Positions 12,501 to 22,548 of a DNA stretch of 64,000 nucleotides are shown here, piece by piece. Below the pieces are notes generated by a model. It saw nothing but the letters and a program-made list of their open reading frames with translations, was not told the origin of the DNA and ran no database searches. The translations under genes and the position numbers were made by a program. Origin of the DNA: Oopsacas minuta (Eukaryota > Animalia > Porifera); the NCBI GenBank assembly GCA_024704765.1, contig JAKMXF010000321.1:372001-436000 (forward strand), read 5' to 3'. Position 1 is the stretch's first letter; each line of letters opens with the position of its first letter.

Positions 12501-15500
12501 GAATGTCAGTAGCTATAATCACGCCTAATGAATTGAAAGGAGATCCTGATGAAGTGTACGGACTGACGAGGAATCAAGTCGAGGCTTTTAGAGAAGTATT
12601 CACACTGTTTGATATATAAATGGGAAAGGATCTATAGATGCTGGTGAATTGAATCAAGCCTTGCGATCCGTGGAAATAAATCTGACAGATTCAGAATTGA
12701 AAGATGTATTGTCTGTTATATATAAAGATGGGAATGGAGAAATTGATTTCAATGAGTTTTTGAATTTGATGACATCTAAAGAGAAATTTCAAGCTACTAT
12801 GGGTGATAAGAGACGTAACAGCTATCAGAGAATTCTATTCAATGCACTCACTAGATTCATGAGGAAATCTGCTCTATCCTCACTAAGCGAAATAGAAAGG
12901 TATGCCAATTAATATAACGTACGATCAGGGACGGTCTGAGGATCTGGCGACTCAGAGCCGGGCGGAAGCCAGGATTTTCAAATCGGGGCGAATGCCCTGT
13001 TTGCCCCCGAAACCGCCACTGCCCTCTGCGTCCAATTGGAAGTGGCGATTAATCCTTCAGTTCTAAGGCTCACTTTAGAGGTTTGCAATTGCAATTTAAT
13101 TCTTGTTATACAATTCTATATTATTCCTAGATATTATAATAACAAAGCGAGGAAGGCACCTCACGTTGTAGCACACTACGCCGCTGGAGCTAGAGTTATG
13201 AGCCTGACTGAAAAACAGATGGCAGCGCATTTAGCTAGTTTGCCTTTCAAATGTGCACAAGGTGACTCCCCTTATTCACAGCCTGTATGTAAACTTCCTG
13301 AAGATGAGAGCAAGAGGAAAAAGAAAGAGAAAGGAAAGATTGGCCTAAAAGTTAAATTCTCAAATTCTCTAAAAAATACTTCTAACAAAGCAAAGAAGAA
13401 GCACTTACGTCATCAGATACAGAAAGATTTCACTAACAGAATGTATGTTAAAATAATAAATAAATAAACTACAATCACCTCACGGATATATCAAAATCTG
13501 AGATTGTATAATTACGGTCTTAAACAATCAAAGTATCATCAATTTGATCGATTTTATAGAAACAATTAACGTAATTTGGCTGTATTTCTACAATTATAAC
13601 TCAAATTATTGTATATAGAAAGTTATGCAGAGAAAGACCACAACGTCTGGACGTTAAACCACTTACAGAAATGCCATTCGTAAAGGCATCAGATATTCGA
13701 AGTCAGACAAAATCTCACCTCACTATTAACGATGTTCCAGCTATCAGGACAAAAGTAGCACAAGCACAAGACAAATATAAGAAAAGACTAACTAAATGCA
13801 ACGAGGAAGTTTACAAACAAAATCCACATCTATTCGATATCCATAAAATACCATCACGTTTGTTAAAACTACATTTCTGTCAGATACTCGACGCTTACTC
13901 GATATCAACAGGAGTAATGAATACATCTAAGAAACACAAATACAGAGCTACAGGCTGTGCATGGCAAGATCTATTGAAGGTTAGATATGGAGGGCTATAC
14001 CCTTGATTAGAAGGATAATTGTACTGTACATATAAGCACTTACTTCTCCGCAGAAACAGATGTATTTGTCTGGCACTTGTAGATGTGTGTGTCTGCATGT
14101 AGGACACTTCCATCCATTTTCTAAGCACATGAACTTGTAATTATTAATGGAACAGATTAATTAAAGAATATGTAATAGAACTATAGTTTGAAATAAGTAT
14201 TAAGCTACTGTTAGTTAGAAACTTGTTTCAACTCCACCACCCGCATCAAATTTCCCTGCCAGCATGAATATCTATACTACTAAAACGCAATTAATAAATA
14301 TATGTATATGTTTGTATGTTCAGAATTGATTGAAGAAACTGGAACACCCCTGGGGAGCTGAAACAAGTTTATCGATTAATATTAACAGAGGTCTAACTTA
14401 CCTGGATGATCGCAGTCAGCTAGTGAGTTAGGTGCAGTAGCCCATTTAACTACACAGGATAGATGGAACAGCTGATAACATTCCTGACAAGACCATACAC
14501 TCTGTTTATGCTCTACTATCTCACAACATACCTAATATATACACAGCTAACATAAGTATTACAGAAATAAAACACAGTATTATTAATAGTATACGAACCA
14601 CGCATTCATAAGATAAGTCTACTATTTGTTGTGTGAGCTCCTCTGTCTGTACTGTAGCTCCCTTTATCCTCTCACTCCATTCTATATCTTCATGTCTACC
14701 CCTAGGTGTGAAATCACTCACAAATCTTTCTCGGGTATTACGCCAATTCCCTATAAGGAAATTTAGTCAAATGACCTGTTTCGAACTACAGTCAACTCCC
14801 ATTATATCGAAGCTCAATGAGCGCGATAATTACCCAATATGACCGATGTAATTTATGTTACTTTGGCGGTTTGAGAGCATATTTATACAATTTAAGACCT
14901 TGATTAGTTTTATATAAGCGGATATTCCGATATAACAGGAGTTAACTGTAGTATACTATTTGTAAATTAACTAGTACAACCTCTATTACTGTTCCTTCTG
15001 TTACTAAATTGCCTGTCTTCCCAATGTTCTTTCCTCCATTTCTTCTTAGCATTTTTCTTAGGACTATCAGCTTCATTAACTCCCCACTCTAACTGGTCTG
15101 GATGTACTTCTCGCTACATATAAATACATGGATTAAAGTGTTCCTTTATAAGATATATTTCAGGACAATTTGGCATGATACTAACTCACTTCTATAACAA
15201 ATCTCGCACCTTCTACTGTCCTCCATTTTGTTCCTCTCCCTCTCCTCCCCCTAGGTTTCCTCCCCCTAGTCCCTCCTCTCTCTCCACCACCATTATAACC
15301 CCCTCCGTGACTAGTTGCATACACGTTTTCCCCTGAATACTGGCTATACTGCTCATATACATCATTCCCATTATACTTATTATCCCTATAGTAATCATTA
15401 TGGTTATTATTCCCATAATAATCATTATAGTTATTATTCCCATAATAATCATTATAGTTATCCCCATAGTGATCATTATGGTAGTAATCTATCCTGTTGT

Positions 15501-15654
15501 TATACACATGAGATTGCGGGCCTGCATATATACAGTTACTACTGTATTCATTTGTTGCCTTATGTTGTTCTATACCGGTGTGTCTACTCCCCCTAGTTGG
15601 TTTGAACTCAGTATTTATAGGGGGAGGCTCTGTTCCATCTGAGAATGTGGCCAT
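3580..15654 (-). CDS. NFX1: NF-X1 zinc-finger/RING/R3H protein; 16 exons: 15654-15190, 15113-14981, 14750-14599, 14531-14402, 14120-14044, 11915-11731, 11498-11392, 11025-10878, 6599-6385, 6327-6129, 6071-5944, 5824-5625, 5345-5112, 5051-4831, 4292-3987, 3652-3580
   Basis: All junctions are phase-compatible GT-AG. RING (YECV|VCCEIV...[18 protein letters not shown]...WKCPTC), repeated NF-X1 fingers (e.g. [13 protein letters not shown]) and an R3H domain ([16 protein letters not shown]...DPEPQR). R3H with no C-terminal TM segment favours NFX1 over NFXL1. Confidence 0.92.
3657..3676. repeat. (TA)10 microsatellite next to the last NFX1 acceptor
   Basis: Direct reading of the sequence. Confidence 0.9.
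6752..8353 (+). CDS. Intronless Frizzled/Smoothened-like 7TM receptor with an extra N-terminal TM segment and no CRD; nested in NFX1 intron 8
   Basis: 533-aa ORF with 8 hydrophobic segments, a pre-TM1 C...CLPQC motif, TM3-like [14 protein letters not shown] and a Cys pair in the last extracellular loop. The family assignment is an inference. Confidence 0.7.
   Translation: MSTPQRVGESCDELDTQPTVLIQENRRFSIKNIIDEEIYNIQNEKNDHTNNKCISCPPRCVKILWLIIAISVIGLAVILVISPLVLSKIPPQGVPTTNNSLWGITTELTLLRYYGLEVTEVNCSYEFEFNNYLCLPQCNWHPAGNIAFLMQYSILIIIDVTGIILSIISISAWIVPFIRYAYHNRHNSLSGIDINLPRLTLFMLLLSVAILILLYAILDIPQHEDIFCKSVQSELGFDFSLVSLHSDARIEVYGALFHYFTLSYLLWTVCSWLNILLVLCFPLQITTNFKVKNTIFLTELLISILVPFFAIFLAVQGPDYNGEYTAAYGPVQIYRTIFLIDHSLYGTLYEWPHFISLGIILAFNVIIVFKLKMKLLKQTVSSGRKQSIGGFETRFMVHSVILIILHIFVNATVIAYKFIEYRYFWQLEEIIGCVTLNSNLTFTLEGNVYTSKSLELVKIFFTEYSAIEINSCQDYFLDNEMIYPSFLFILSTILLRLVWLSVFVVLIPQFSPGRLYKSIRSHTKIQTQKSNVV
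9182..10369 (+). CDS. Coiled-coil plus NHL-repeat beta-propeller protein (TRIM-NHL-like, no RING or B-box); nested in NFX1 intron 8
   Basis: NHL repeats [10 protein letters not shown]...[23 protein letters not shown]...[11 protein letters not shown] and FMTPQGVG. First ATG is 9182. Confidence 0.88.
   Translation: MNLETIKGRLKDLRTNISMNFKILHSKLDEYEQLIGEELDRLLNGVIQQATTPNSDSRDVEWKIELQELGQTRGSLFNETNGKLGEVEVLGDIRLNWNQIEFDNAMQNMCVIDNSLKVKEVEEFSPFTGCREGHLPGELHGPRGLSVDILDNIYISDQYNKRIQIFSKNGEYLQHFGDEHLTGPWSVAVIGDNAYVTDAGQHSVFWFKISESKLVKKSGGKGTGNGQFNVPHGIDGGGDDLIYICDCFNNRITVLDQQLDFVKQQCELQVMRPDDVIVKDNMIFVLDSNDPCFHAFNIDGVKVFSIIHGVNDNEPHMTKWGYFFAINWEKGLVLISDAVNHCLRIFSLKGELVQTLGQVGIDKGEFMTPQGVGIMSDKRVVTVCLDKKSDMLQIF
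10480..10622. mobile_element. MITE family E, interrupted in its right TIR
   Basis: TA|CAGTGGAGTTCGCCTATTAGC left end. The right end TTGCTAATA|GGC is split by the next element. Confidence 0.6.
10623..10713. mobile_element. hAT-type MITE with perfect 8-bp TSD
   Basis: 15-bp TIR CAATGGTTCTCAACC / GGTTGAGAACCAATG (14/15) and TSD TGCTAATA on both sides. Confidence 0.85.
11047..11200. mobile_element. MITE family F
   Basis: TA|CAGTAGATTCTCGTTATAACGAAGTGCT; related copies near 24214, 28640-28772 and 62172-62256. Confidence 0.55.
12278..14006 (+). pseudogene. EF-hand protein of the EFCAB3/SPATA21 type, frameshifted near 12615 (pseudogene or assembly error); exons 12278-12899, 13131-13442, 13619-14006; nested in NFX1 intron 5
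   Basis: [18 protein letters not shown] then stop. Removing 2 nt gives the EF loop [13 protein letters not shown]. The second loop reads [12 protein letters not shown], followed by [21 protein letters not shown]. Two phase-compatible GT-AG introns. Confidence 0.7.
14789..14948. mobile_element. MITE family B (Tigger-like, TA TSD)
   Basis: TA|CAGTCAACTCCCATTATATCG...CGATATAACAGGAGTTAACTG|TA. The core ATCGAAGCTCAAGGGACCGCGATAATTAC recurs about 10 times in the window. Confidence 0.8.
15364..15489 (-). repeat. 24-27-bp coding tandem repeat (about 4.5 units) in NFX1 exon 1
   Basis: Unit like ATAATCATTATAGTTATTATTCCCATA on the + strand, encoding NDYYGNNN(Y/H). Confidence 0.85.
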
Positions 15655-16181
15655 CTAGCATGGCCTGGGTGGCGCTACCCTGTCTACTGTCCTAGTGTCT
15701 GGTCTAATCAGCTGTTTGTGTGTATGTGTAAGTTTATACTGAGTTCGTATAATTTCTTTCTGACTGTTTCGTTGTCAAGCTGAGAGGTGATTAATACAGA
15801 ACACCTACAAGGTTCTGGGAAAACAGTTTCATATCATAAGAAATAATTCGTATACAGTGTAACCTCCTAAAAGGGAGGCCAGAGAGGCCGAAAATTCGAC
15901 CCAATTTTCCCGTGTGTGAAGGTCCATTTGTATGGGACTAGGAATTCGCTCTATATATTTTTCACTCCGTTTCCAGAAGTTTCCCGTTTCCACTTAGTTA
16001 GAAACTTATTCAGCTTAATCACCCACATTCAAATTTGCCATTATTGAAAATAGTCAAACAAAAATCATTGTGTGTTTCCTCTGAGAGCAAACTATTATAA
16101 TCAATACACATATCTACACAGTTTGCTGATGAATACAAGCAACAGAATAATTAATAACAGTAATGAATGCAAGTGAAAATC

Positions 16182-16736
16182 CTAAACCTCATTTCCTCCC
16201 TCAATATTTCCCATTAAGGTTGTAGTATCTTCTGATTTTGCTTTAGAACTTGATACATTCCTCATTGAGAAATCTTGCCTCTGATTAACGATGTTTCTGT
16301 CTTTACCCTTTGCTCCTATGACTAGCACAGCGTTCAGGGAAAATGTTACAAACCAGAGAAGTGCTGCGAGAATAACACTAATGGTTGGACACATCGCGAC
16401 TGGTGGTATCAGGACTATTATGTAGAAAATACAGCGAACCCATGGACGTAAATATTTGTTGATACAGCCGAGCAGAGGCGCAGCAGTCGGTAAAAATGTC
16501 AAAATAATCGGCGCTTCCATCAGGAAAGTTACCAACCCAAATAATATAAGATAGAGCCCTGCAACTAGACATAAAGGTGTGATAGAAATTACCCGAACTA
16601 TTCCACATATAACAATCAAAACAGCTGATATAACACCCCATAATCTTATCAGGAATGTGCAGCATATTCCCATATCATTCGGGTCCTGTCCTTGTTGTGT
16701 AACAGGCTGTGGTAATTCTGTGCCTTCAGATGACAT
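16182..16736 (-). CDS. CACFD1: Calcium channel flower homologue
   Basis: RLWGVISAV...ITPLCLVAGLYLIL...LMEAP...LRPWVRCIFY...IGAKG matches the Flower family. Intronless. Confidence 0.85.
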   Translation of the reverse strand: MSSEGTELPQPVTQQGQDPNDMGICCTFLIRLWGVISAVLIVICGIVRVISITPLCLVAGLYLILFGLVTFLMEAPIILTFLPTAAPLLGCINKYLRPWVRCIFYIIVLIPPVAMCPTISVILAALLWFVTFSLNAVLVIGAKGKDRNIVNQRQDFSMRNVSSSKAKSEDTTTLMGNIEGGNEV

Positions 16737-17137
16737 TATAATAATAACTAATGTTTGTAAAGATTATTATATACAATATGGATGAAGCCAGTCTGCATTT
16801 ATACGTTTACAGTATTCAAATAGAATCTGATAATATAGTAAGCGGTAATTGTATTCTGAAACAAACAGATTCCGGAAAATACATGAATAAATCAAAAATA
16901 TTAGATTTGATTTATTCATGTATTTTCCGAAGCTGCGGTTGCTAACATGGGGTGCATGGCCCCCTTAGTGGTCCACGGACGACATCAGGGTGCACAGAAT
17001 TTGTGAAAATTGGTATAAGGGGCCCCTGGGTGAAAAGGTTGGGAACCGCTTATATAACGCTTTTGTATACAAAATATATTATTATTCATAAATAAGTGAA
17101 TAAAAACTAAAAAAATCCGTCAGATAAACAACTAAAA

Positions 17138-18172
17138 TTATTTATTTTTCAAATGCTGGAAATTATCTAAAGAAATCCGAATAGCTTCTTCCATGCTAAA
17201 CTTAGGAGAATATCCTATTTCAGATTTTGCTTTAGTACAAGAATAGTAATGATGTGTACCAGCAAGAGCAACCTTAAGGGGCGTTAAAGTAGGAGTTATC
17301 TTCCTCACAGGACTAACTAGCCAGCAAATAAGTTGAGTAATCCATGCAATAAAATACACAAACTTATACGGGAGTGATCTGGTTGGAGCGGGATAGTTTA
17401 GTCCAGTTAAAATCCTTGATAAGAACACCCAGAAAGGAATAGGGGAATCGTTAGTGATATTATAAACAGAACCACATGATTGAGAACCAGCCCTTAAGCT
17501 CTCAGCAGCCAGTACCATGCCATACGTCACATTACGTACATAAGTAAAATCTACGAGATTGCTACCATCACCTATTTTGTATTTTGTCTTACCAGCACGT
17601 GCCGCAGCTATTATCCCAGGAATACACTGTTGATCTCCTGGACCGAATATTCCATGTGGTCGTATAGCACACGTCATGAGCTCTTGTGAATTAGCATTCA
17701 ATACAATTTGTTCCTGCAATGCTTTCGTCTGTGTATAGTAATCTATAGGACTAGTTGTATAAGGCAGTTGCTCGTTACCAGCTTTAAGATCTACTCCGTT
17801 ATACACTACACTAGCAGAACTTGTCAATACTAGCTTTCTAACCCGTGTAAGCTTGCAGGCTTCAACCAGTGTATGTGTACCGGTCACGTTGACGCGGTAG
17901 AATAGATCCCGGTTGCCTAACGATGGCGGTGGCGAAGCGCAATGAAACACAATCTCACAATCCTCTAAGGCTGTGCTTAAATCTGAAAGATTGCACATGT
18001 CACCTTCAAAGAATGATATTCTATCGTCAGGAGGGTTAGTCTCTCTCACATCAAACACACTGACTGTATAGCCATTTGTTAATAGATCATCTACTAGGTT
18101 ACGTCCTAGGAAGCCTGATCCACCAACTACCATACATTTCTGTTTACAACTTGAACGTGTGTGGACAGACAT
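17138..18172 (-). CDS. NSDHL: Sterol-4-alpha-carboxylate 3-dehydrogenase, conserved copy
   Basis: GGSGFLG, VFHCASPPP, LTSSASVV, YYTQTK (YxxxK), IRPHGIFGPGD, IGDGSNLVDFTYV and ALAGTHHYYSC. Confidence 0.93.
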   Translation of the reverse strand: MSVHTRSSCKQKCMVVGGSGFLGRNLVDDLLTNGYTVSVFDVRETNPPDDRISFFEGDMCNLSDLSTALEDCEIVFHCASPPPSLGNRDLFYRVNVTGTHTLVEACKLTRVRKLVLTSSASVVYNGVDLKAGNEQLPYTTSPIDYYTQTKALQEQIVLNANSQELMTCAIRPHGIFGPGDQQCIPGIIAAARAGKTKYKIGDGSNLVDFTYVRNVTYGMVLAAESLRAGSQSCGSVYNITNDSPIPFWVFLSRILTGLNYPAPTRSLPYKFVYFIAWITQLICWLVSPVRKITPTLTPLKVALAGTHHYYSCTKAKSEIGYSPKFSMEEAIRISLDNFQHLKNK

Positions 18173-18380
18173 TAGAGGATATTAGTAAATACCTAATTAC
18201 AGTATGTGTTATTACAGCTAAAAAAGGATTGAACATATGTAGTTCTTAGGGGGACCAGTATGCAGTGGCGGTTCTAGGGGGGCTGGGAAAGGATATTGGA
18301 AGTGGCATGCCTACAAATCTTATTCCAGGGCCCAAGACTGTTAATCAACTGTCAGCCTGCTCCCAGAGCAAAAGTATATA

Positions 18381-18536
18381 CAGTGGAACCTTGTTAATAT
18401 GAACACCAACGGATGCTCAAATACTGTTCGCTTTATCCGGTGTAATATCAATTAAATAACCTTGTAGGGACCTATTTTTTGTTCGTCTTATCCGGAAATT
18501 CATATTAACCGTGTTCGTATTAACGAGAGTCTACTG
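18381..18536. mobile_element. MITE family C
   Basis: TA|CAGTGGAACCTTGTTAATA...TATTAACGAGAGTCTACTG. Confidence 0.7.
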
Positions 18537-18654
18537 TGTCAGTTAATAATATAGGAATATATAGAATAAATGCTTGAGTAAACAATATACATAACGAGCA
18601 AAATAAATAAAATCTAGAATCACTCAATTCAGATAGAATCTGTCTAAAATAAAA

Positions 18655-19695
18655 TTACTTCTTTTTTGCATAATCAAAATGCTTGATGGATAAATCTATA
18701 GCTTCTTCCATACTGTATTTAGCTTTATACCCGAGCTCTTTCTTAGCCTTTTCAGAGGAAAAATAAGCGTGGGTGCCAGCTAGCGTCACTTTAATAGGTG
18801 TCAAAATTGGCATAATCTTTTTGATAGGACTAATAATCCAGCAGAGCAACACTAAGAACCAAGCACAAAAATATATTAATTTATAAGGTAGATGTATTGT
18901 AGGCACGGGATAGTTAAGTCTAGTCAAAATTCTGCTATTAAAATTCCAGAACTCAACAGGATACTCGTTGGTCATATTATAAGCAGAGCCACATGACACT
19001 GATCCGGGTTTCAAGCTTTCAGCTGCTAGAATTAATCCTTGTGTTACATCCCGCACATACGTTAAATCAATTTTGTTATAACCTGATCCAATAATGAACT
19101 TGTTCTTGGTTCTCCCTGCATCGATAATACTCGGTAGGATGTAGGGATCTCTCGGTCCGAATATAGCATTCGGTCGTATAACACAGGTCAACAATTCTGG
19201 ACAATTAGCCCTCAGAACAATTTGTTCTTGTAATCCCTTTGTTAATATATAATTATCTAATGGCTTAGCTGCATATGGAAGCATTTCATTACCATTCTCT
19301 AGATCTACACCGTTGTATACGACTGTTGCAGAGCTAGTCTGCACAAGCTTAGGGACTCCTTTTTGCTTACAAGCATTTACAAGTGTATTCGTGCCTTGCA
19401 CATTAACGTGAAAGAATAGATCACGATTAGCATATCCGATTAATGGAGAGGGCGTCACACAACTGAACACTATGTCACAACCTTCCATTGCTTTTGATAG
19501 ATATGTGAGGTCGCAGATATCTCCTTGAAAATATGTTACACCCTCTATAGGATCAGCTGATCGGATATCATACACACTAACCGTGTAACCACGAGATATG
19601 AGATCTTCCGCGAGATGACTCCCAAGGAACCCTGCTCCTCCAACCACGAGGCATTTACCTTTAGAACCAGATCTCTGTCTAATCTCTTCGGACAT
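18655..19695 (-). CDS. NSDHL: NSDHL tandem paralogue, diverged copy
   Basis: Collinear with the neighbour: GGAGFLG, NYILTK (YxxxK), IRPNAIFGPRD, LAGTHAYFS. First ATG is 19695. Confidence 0.88.
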   Translation of the reverse strand: MSEEIRQRSGSKGKCLVVGGAGFLGSHLAEDLISRGYTVSVYDIRSADPIEGVTYFQGDICDLTYLSKAMEGCDIVFSCVTPSPLIGYANRDLFFHVNVQGTNTLVNACKQKGVPKLVQTSSATVVYNGVDLENGNEMLPYAAKPLDNYILTKGLQEQIVLRANCPELLTCVIRPNAIFGPRDPYILPSIIDAGRTKNKFIIGSGYNKIDLTYVRDVTQGLILAAESLKPGSVSCGSAYNMTNEYPVEFWNFNSRILTRLNYPVPTIHLPYKLIYFCAWFLVLLCWIISPIKKIMPILTPIKVTLAGTHAYFSSEKAKKELGYKAKYSMEEAIDLSIKHFDYAKKK

Positions 19696-20215
19696 TTTTA
19701 CAGCTAATATCAATAGTTATAACAATCATGAATAGGAAACTGAACTTTAGACTTTATGGATATCAAAAATTCCAAATTTCCCAAGAACTATTCAGTAATT
19801 AATGAATATCACTTCGGCTAATACGTAACCAGGATAAGGAGTACGAAATCGAATTCTGAAATCGTACAAAAATGAACCCTTAAGTCAATCGGTTATTTCG
19901 AACTCTGATAAATCGTAGTAATTATCGCGGTCCTTGAGCTCGATATAACGGCGAATTGACTATTACTTTTGACGATTTGGGACCATATTTACACAATTTA
20001 AGACCTCAATATAAGCGGGAATTTAGAGATATCCGTGTTAGATAACTGTATTTGTATAATATCCACTTTAAATAGTAAACTGTGAATCAAAGTTAAATTG
20101 GTATATGACTAATGCTAACTAATTGGTTTGAACCTTGAATGAGCAATTACACTTTAGATAATACAATAGTATATTTACTACACTACATTACTAACAAACC
20201 TATTCGTACGTATAT

Positions 20216-22041
20216 TCATTTAAACTTCCTCCAGAGTGATATCAGCCCTATACCCAATACAAACCCAATACTTAACGCTCCTCCTAGATACACCCCCCTT
20301 CTAACCATAGGGGGTGAGTTAGAGGGGGAGCTAGCATCGCTATCAGATGCCCAGCCTATGGATCGAGGTATAGCTCGTTTCCAACGTGCATATCTAGCAT
20401 CTCTATCATCAGATAGAACTGATGGCTTAAAATTATCAGATATTCTGTTGTTCAGTACGTGAATGTTCCAGGCATCTACTGCTAGTCCAGCAGCCATAGC
20501 TGCTCCTAGAGCAGTGCTCTCCTTCATTTGAGGTCTGATTACAGTAATACCTAGTAGGTCAGCTTGTAACTGCATTAGTAAGTTATTTGCTGTCATACCT
20601 CCATCAACCTAAAGGATTATAATACATATTTAAGACTTGAGGTCTGCTCAAACAATATACATAATAGTATATCGAAGCTCAAGGGACCGTGATAATTACT
20701 TCACTATAAGCGGAGTTCGATATGACCGATGCAATTTATGCTACTTTGACGGTTTGGGACCAACTTTAAATAATACTTACTATTAGGCATAATACATACC
20801 TGTAGTGATGCTAGATGTATGCCAGCATCCTGTGTCATAGCTTCTAGTATTTCTCTTGTCATAAAGCAAACAGCCTCAAGCACAGCTCTGGCAATATGTC
20901 TCTTATCAGAGTAGGCTGTTAATCCTATTATCATACCTCTAGCATCTGAAGCCCAGTGTGGAGCATACAGACCCGAGAATGCGGGTACAAAGTAGACCCC
21001 TCCCGTATCCTGAACTTCATTAGCTAACTTCTCAATATCAGATGAATCTTTTATAAAATTAAGGTTATCTCTAACCCACCGTACGATATCTCCAGCCTGA
21101 GCTATAGAACCTTCTAACGCGTACACAGGGCTCTGTCCCGGGCCCAACTGATAACCTACTGTAGTTAACAAACCATGCTCTGAGAACGAAGGCTGTAATC
21201 CTGTATTGTACAGCATGAAACATCCGGTACCGTATGTGTTCTTAGCCTGTCCCTTTGCGAAGCACCCCTGTCCAACTAAAGCCGCGGACTGATCTCCTAG
21301 ACACCCACTGATAGTAACACCCCTCAATTCCCCGCCAAGGATCTCTCCATACACCTCAGAAGAGCTTTTAATATCAGGAAGTATGCACTTAGGAATATCA
21401 AAGAATTCCAGCAGTTCATCATCCCATTCTAATGTCTTAATATTCATTAACATAGTTCTACTAGCATTCGTGACGTCAGTAACATGTACTTCAGTAAAGT
21501 TCCATATCAACCAGGTGTCTACAGTACCAAATGCTAGTCTCCCATCCTCTAGAGCTTCCTTAACTAATTCTACGTTATCAATAAGCCATCTGATCTTAAG
21601 TGCACTGAAGTACGGATGTATTGGTAGGCCGCATTTTAGCTGTAGATCGTTTATACTTTTTGATTTAGTTTTTTGAATGTATTGTTCTGCTAAATCAGCT
21701 GTTCTAGAATCACACCATACAATAGCAGGGCCCAACGGTCGTCCAGTTGTTTTATCCCATAAGATAGTTGTTTCTCTCTGATTAGTAATACCAATAGTCT
21801 TAACTATCTCTTTACTAATTCCTTCCTTTCCTAGAACTTCTATTATACAATTCTGTACGGATCCGATAATATCCCCAGGGTCCTGTTCAAACCAACCCTC
21901 ATGGGGACATTTATGGTGTAGGTCTATCTGATGGGAAGCTACTACTCTTCCATCTGTTGGATCGAATAGGAGGAATTTAGAGCTAGATGTACCTTGATCA
22001 ATAGCTCCGATTAGTTTAGTGGGTTCGTCTAGTGGATCCAT
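20216..22041 (-). CDS. GK: Glycerol kinase with C-terminal hydrophobic tail; exons 22041-20800, 20608-20216
   Basis: FGGY motifs AIDQGTSSS, IGITNQRET, TDVTNASRT, GDQSAAL and KNTYGTGCF. The intron 20609-20799 joins SLQ|VDGGMTANNLLMQLQAD. Confidence 0.94.
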
Positions 22042-22548
22042 CTGAGCTTATGAAAACTTAAGAATTGAAAAAGTTTCTAATATACTTGTACATAGGATTA
22101 TTTCTGTAGTAATTGAAACAGAGGTTCACATCCTGAGGTCTATAGGCCCCCTTTGTAGTCGACCGACGACAGCAGAAAATCCACAGGATTTCAAAATTCG
22201 TATGGGAGGGGAGGGTGAAAAAGGTTCGGAACCATTGAATTACAAATTCGTTTATCCGATAGTATCTATCCCTGAATGGTTGAACTTTCCTCACGGAATT
22301 TATCACCCAAAATTTCGCCCAAAAAACCACAGAACAACAATAAATAGTAAGAAAACTCTACAAATAACAAATAACAAATAATATCTCTGATCTAATCAGA
22401 GATTAAAGAGTTTTCATTAATTATAATATTTGCTATATCTAATTATAGTGTCTAACAAATTGTCTACTGATATTATATTTTACTAAAATATTCGATTCAA
22501 CCTAGCTAATCCTGTCCGAGAATCTAATAATTAAAACTAACAGTCAAT

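Noticed and set aside
15213-15642. Three extra ORFs over the 27-bp repeat, and a CRISPR-like look to the repeat
   Set aside because: They are alternative-frame or antisense shadows of the NFX1 exon 1 coding repeat. The units are contiguous with no unique spacers, and the DNA is eukaryotic.
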